DNA of 25,650 nt, from the NCBI GenBank assembly GCA_031425655.1, contig JANPJS010000211.1, forward strand, positions 1 to 25,650, written 5' to 3'. Below the pieces are notes generated by a model that saw only the letters and a program-made list of their open reading frames with translations, made no database searches and was not told the origin of the DNA. Within the stretch, counting starts at the first letter, position 1, and every line of letters begins with the position of its first letter. The stretch comes from Abditibacteriaceae bacterium. Lineage in GTDB: Bacteria; Armatimonadota; Abditibacteriia; Abditibacteriales; Abditibacteriaceae. A program made the translations under genes and the position numbers. Below, piece by piece: positions 24,619 to 25,650 of this stretch.

Positions 24619-25398
24619 CTATTTCAGCTTGTCAATTGCGTCTTGAATCAGCTTGGCCGATTGCTCGGTGCCGGGCTTGGCTTTGGCGAGTTTCACGGCT
24701 TGCTGCCATTTTTTGCGCGCATCGGCTGTTTTGCCGGCCTTTTTCGCGGCGGCGCCTTCGTCCCACAGCTTTTTCAGTTGCGCTTTGACTTTGGGATCGC
24801 CCGATGTCGCTACCGGAGCTTTGCCTGTCGGCGCAACAATCGCCGGCTTGGTTGCGCCCGGCTGAGTTGCGGGCGGGGAAGAAGCACGCGGGGCCGGGCG
24901 TGTCGTCGAAGGCAGCGTGACATCGCCTTCTTCAACATCGGTGCCCTGCTGCGAAATCCAGAAATAGGCGCCGCCACCCAATACAAGCAGCAGTCCGAGC
25001 AAAGGCAAAATCTTTTTGAGGCCGCCTTTTGCTTTTGCCGGCGGAAGAGAAGACGTAGTATCGAAAGGCGTCGAATCTTCGGCGCCAAACGCTTCGGACG
25101 GCGCGAAATCGCCAGACGGCGTGTCGGCCATGTCAAACGAGGTCGCCGCTGCTTTGGCGGGCCGCTTCGCAGGCTGCTCCAAGTTGGCGAACATAGAAAA
25201 ATCGGAGTCGGGCACGGCTTCTTGAGTCGCCGTTTGCGCGGCGGATTCCTCGTCGAAGGCTTCCTCGAACCATGATTCGTCAAATCCCTCCGTCCCGGCG
25301 CTTTTGTGCGCGCCGCTTCCCGGCACGGCTTCTGGTGCCGAAGCGGATTCCGTGTCGTCGCTTTCACCCTTTTTTCCACGCCCGAAAGAGAGCGCCAT
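24619..25398 (-). CDS. Hypothetical single-pass membrane protein (acidic N terminus, Pro/Ala linker, basic helical C terminus)
   Basis: 259 aa from ATG 25398 with AGGAGG RBS; TM ILPLLGLLLVLGGGAYFWI. Confidence 0.75.
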   Translation of the reverse strand: MALSFGRGKKGESDDTESASAPEAVPGSGAHKSAGTEGFDESWFEEAFDEESAAQTATQEAVPDSDFSMFANLEQPAKRPAKAAATSFDMADTPSGDFAPSEAFGAEDSTPFDTTSSLPPAKAKGGLKKILPLLGLLLVLGGGAYFWISQQGTDVEEGDVTLPSTTRPAPRASSPPATQPGATKPAIVAPTGKAPVATSGDPKVKAQLKKLWDEGAAAKKAGKTADARKKWQQAVKLAKAKPGTEQSAKLIQDAIDKLK

Positions 25399-25546
25399 TT
25401 TGCCTCCTGATACTACCCGATGAATTTTGCCCGGTTGAGCTTGAAATCGCACAGAGTCTATAAGAAATCGCCTGCGACTGGCGATGTGCGGCGGCAAAAA
25501 ATGCCGCTTCCCATAGGCATCAACTTAAGAACTTCGCCTGTGTTCA

Positions 25547-25650
25547 CCCCATTAAAATGGGGCGCTATGCTTACAAAGTCCGCCTTCGCGGACTAAATTT
25601 CGAGTCCGCGCAGGCGGACTTCGTAGCGGTAGCCCCCGATTTCAATCGGG
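25547..25650. repeat. REP-doublet-like inverted element, truncated by window edge
   Basis: AGTCCGCCTTCGCGGACT / AGTCCGCGCAGGCGGACT plus GTAG-CCCCCGATTTCAATCGGG; related to 20763-20915. Confidence 0.75.

Noticed and set aside
24544..25275. 243-aa plus-strand ORF and other long antisense ORFs over core genes
   Set aside because: Shadow frames of GC-rich minus-strand genes with no recognisable motifs

Overview
GC-rich bacterial chromosome segment; the gene set and repeat style loosely suggest an Armatimonadota/Abditibacteriota-like organism (inference only). The flanks are housekeeping or near-core genes: DUF1800, a BchE-like B12 radical SAM enzyme with a perfect Rex box, TPR protein, dtd, rel/spoT and a frameshifted GH172 on the left; DUF2298, GNAT, HtrA, GT2, two tandem thioredoxins, holB and tmk on the right. 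Between them (about 9056-16000) is an AT-richer integron-type array of 10 attC sites and 10 minus-strand cassettes. It is headed by an attI-like site with a palindrome and a candidate Pc promoter, but no integrase gene is in the window (CALIN-like). The cassettes are unusual: 9 of 10 have cassette-specific 11-14 bp end complementarity, most share GCGCGC/GTT flanking motifs, and most seem to carry their own sigma70 promoters. Cargo includes a Ser/Thr kinase with a Zn ribbon, an orphan C5 methyltransferase, DUF5677, a BrnT-type TA pair whose toxin has a nonsense codon, and two microproteins missing from the ORF track (31 aa membrane peptide; 39 aa secreted peptide ending AHA-CSNRDC). Intergenic spaces hold tandem-heptamer hairpins, one with a perfect 43-bp stem over the tmk start codon, and REP/MITE-like elements.
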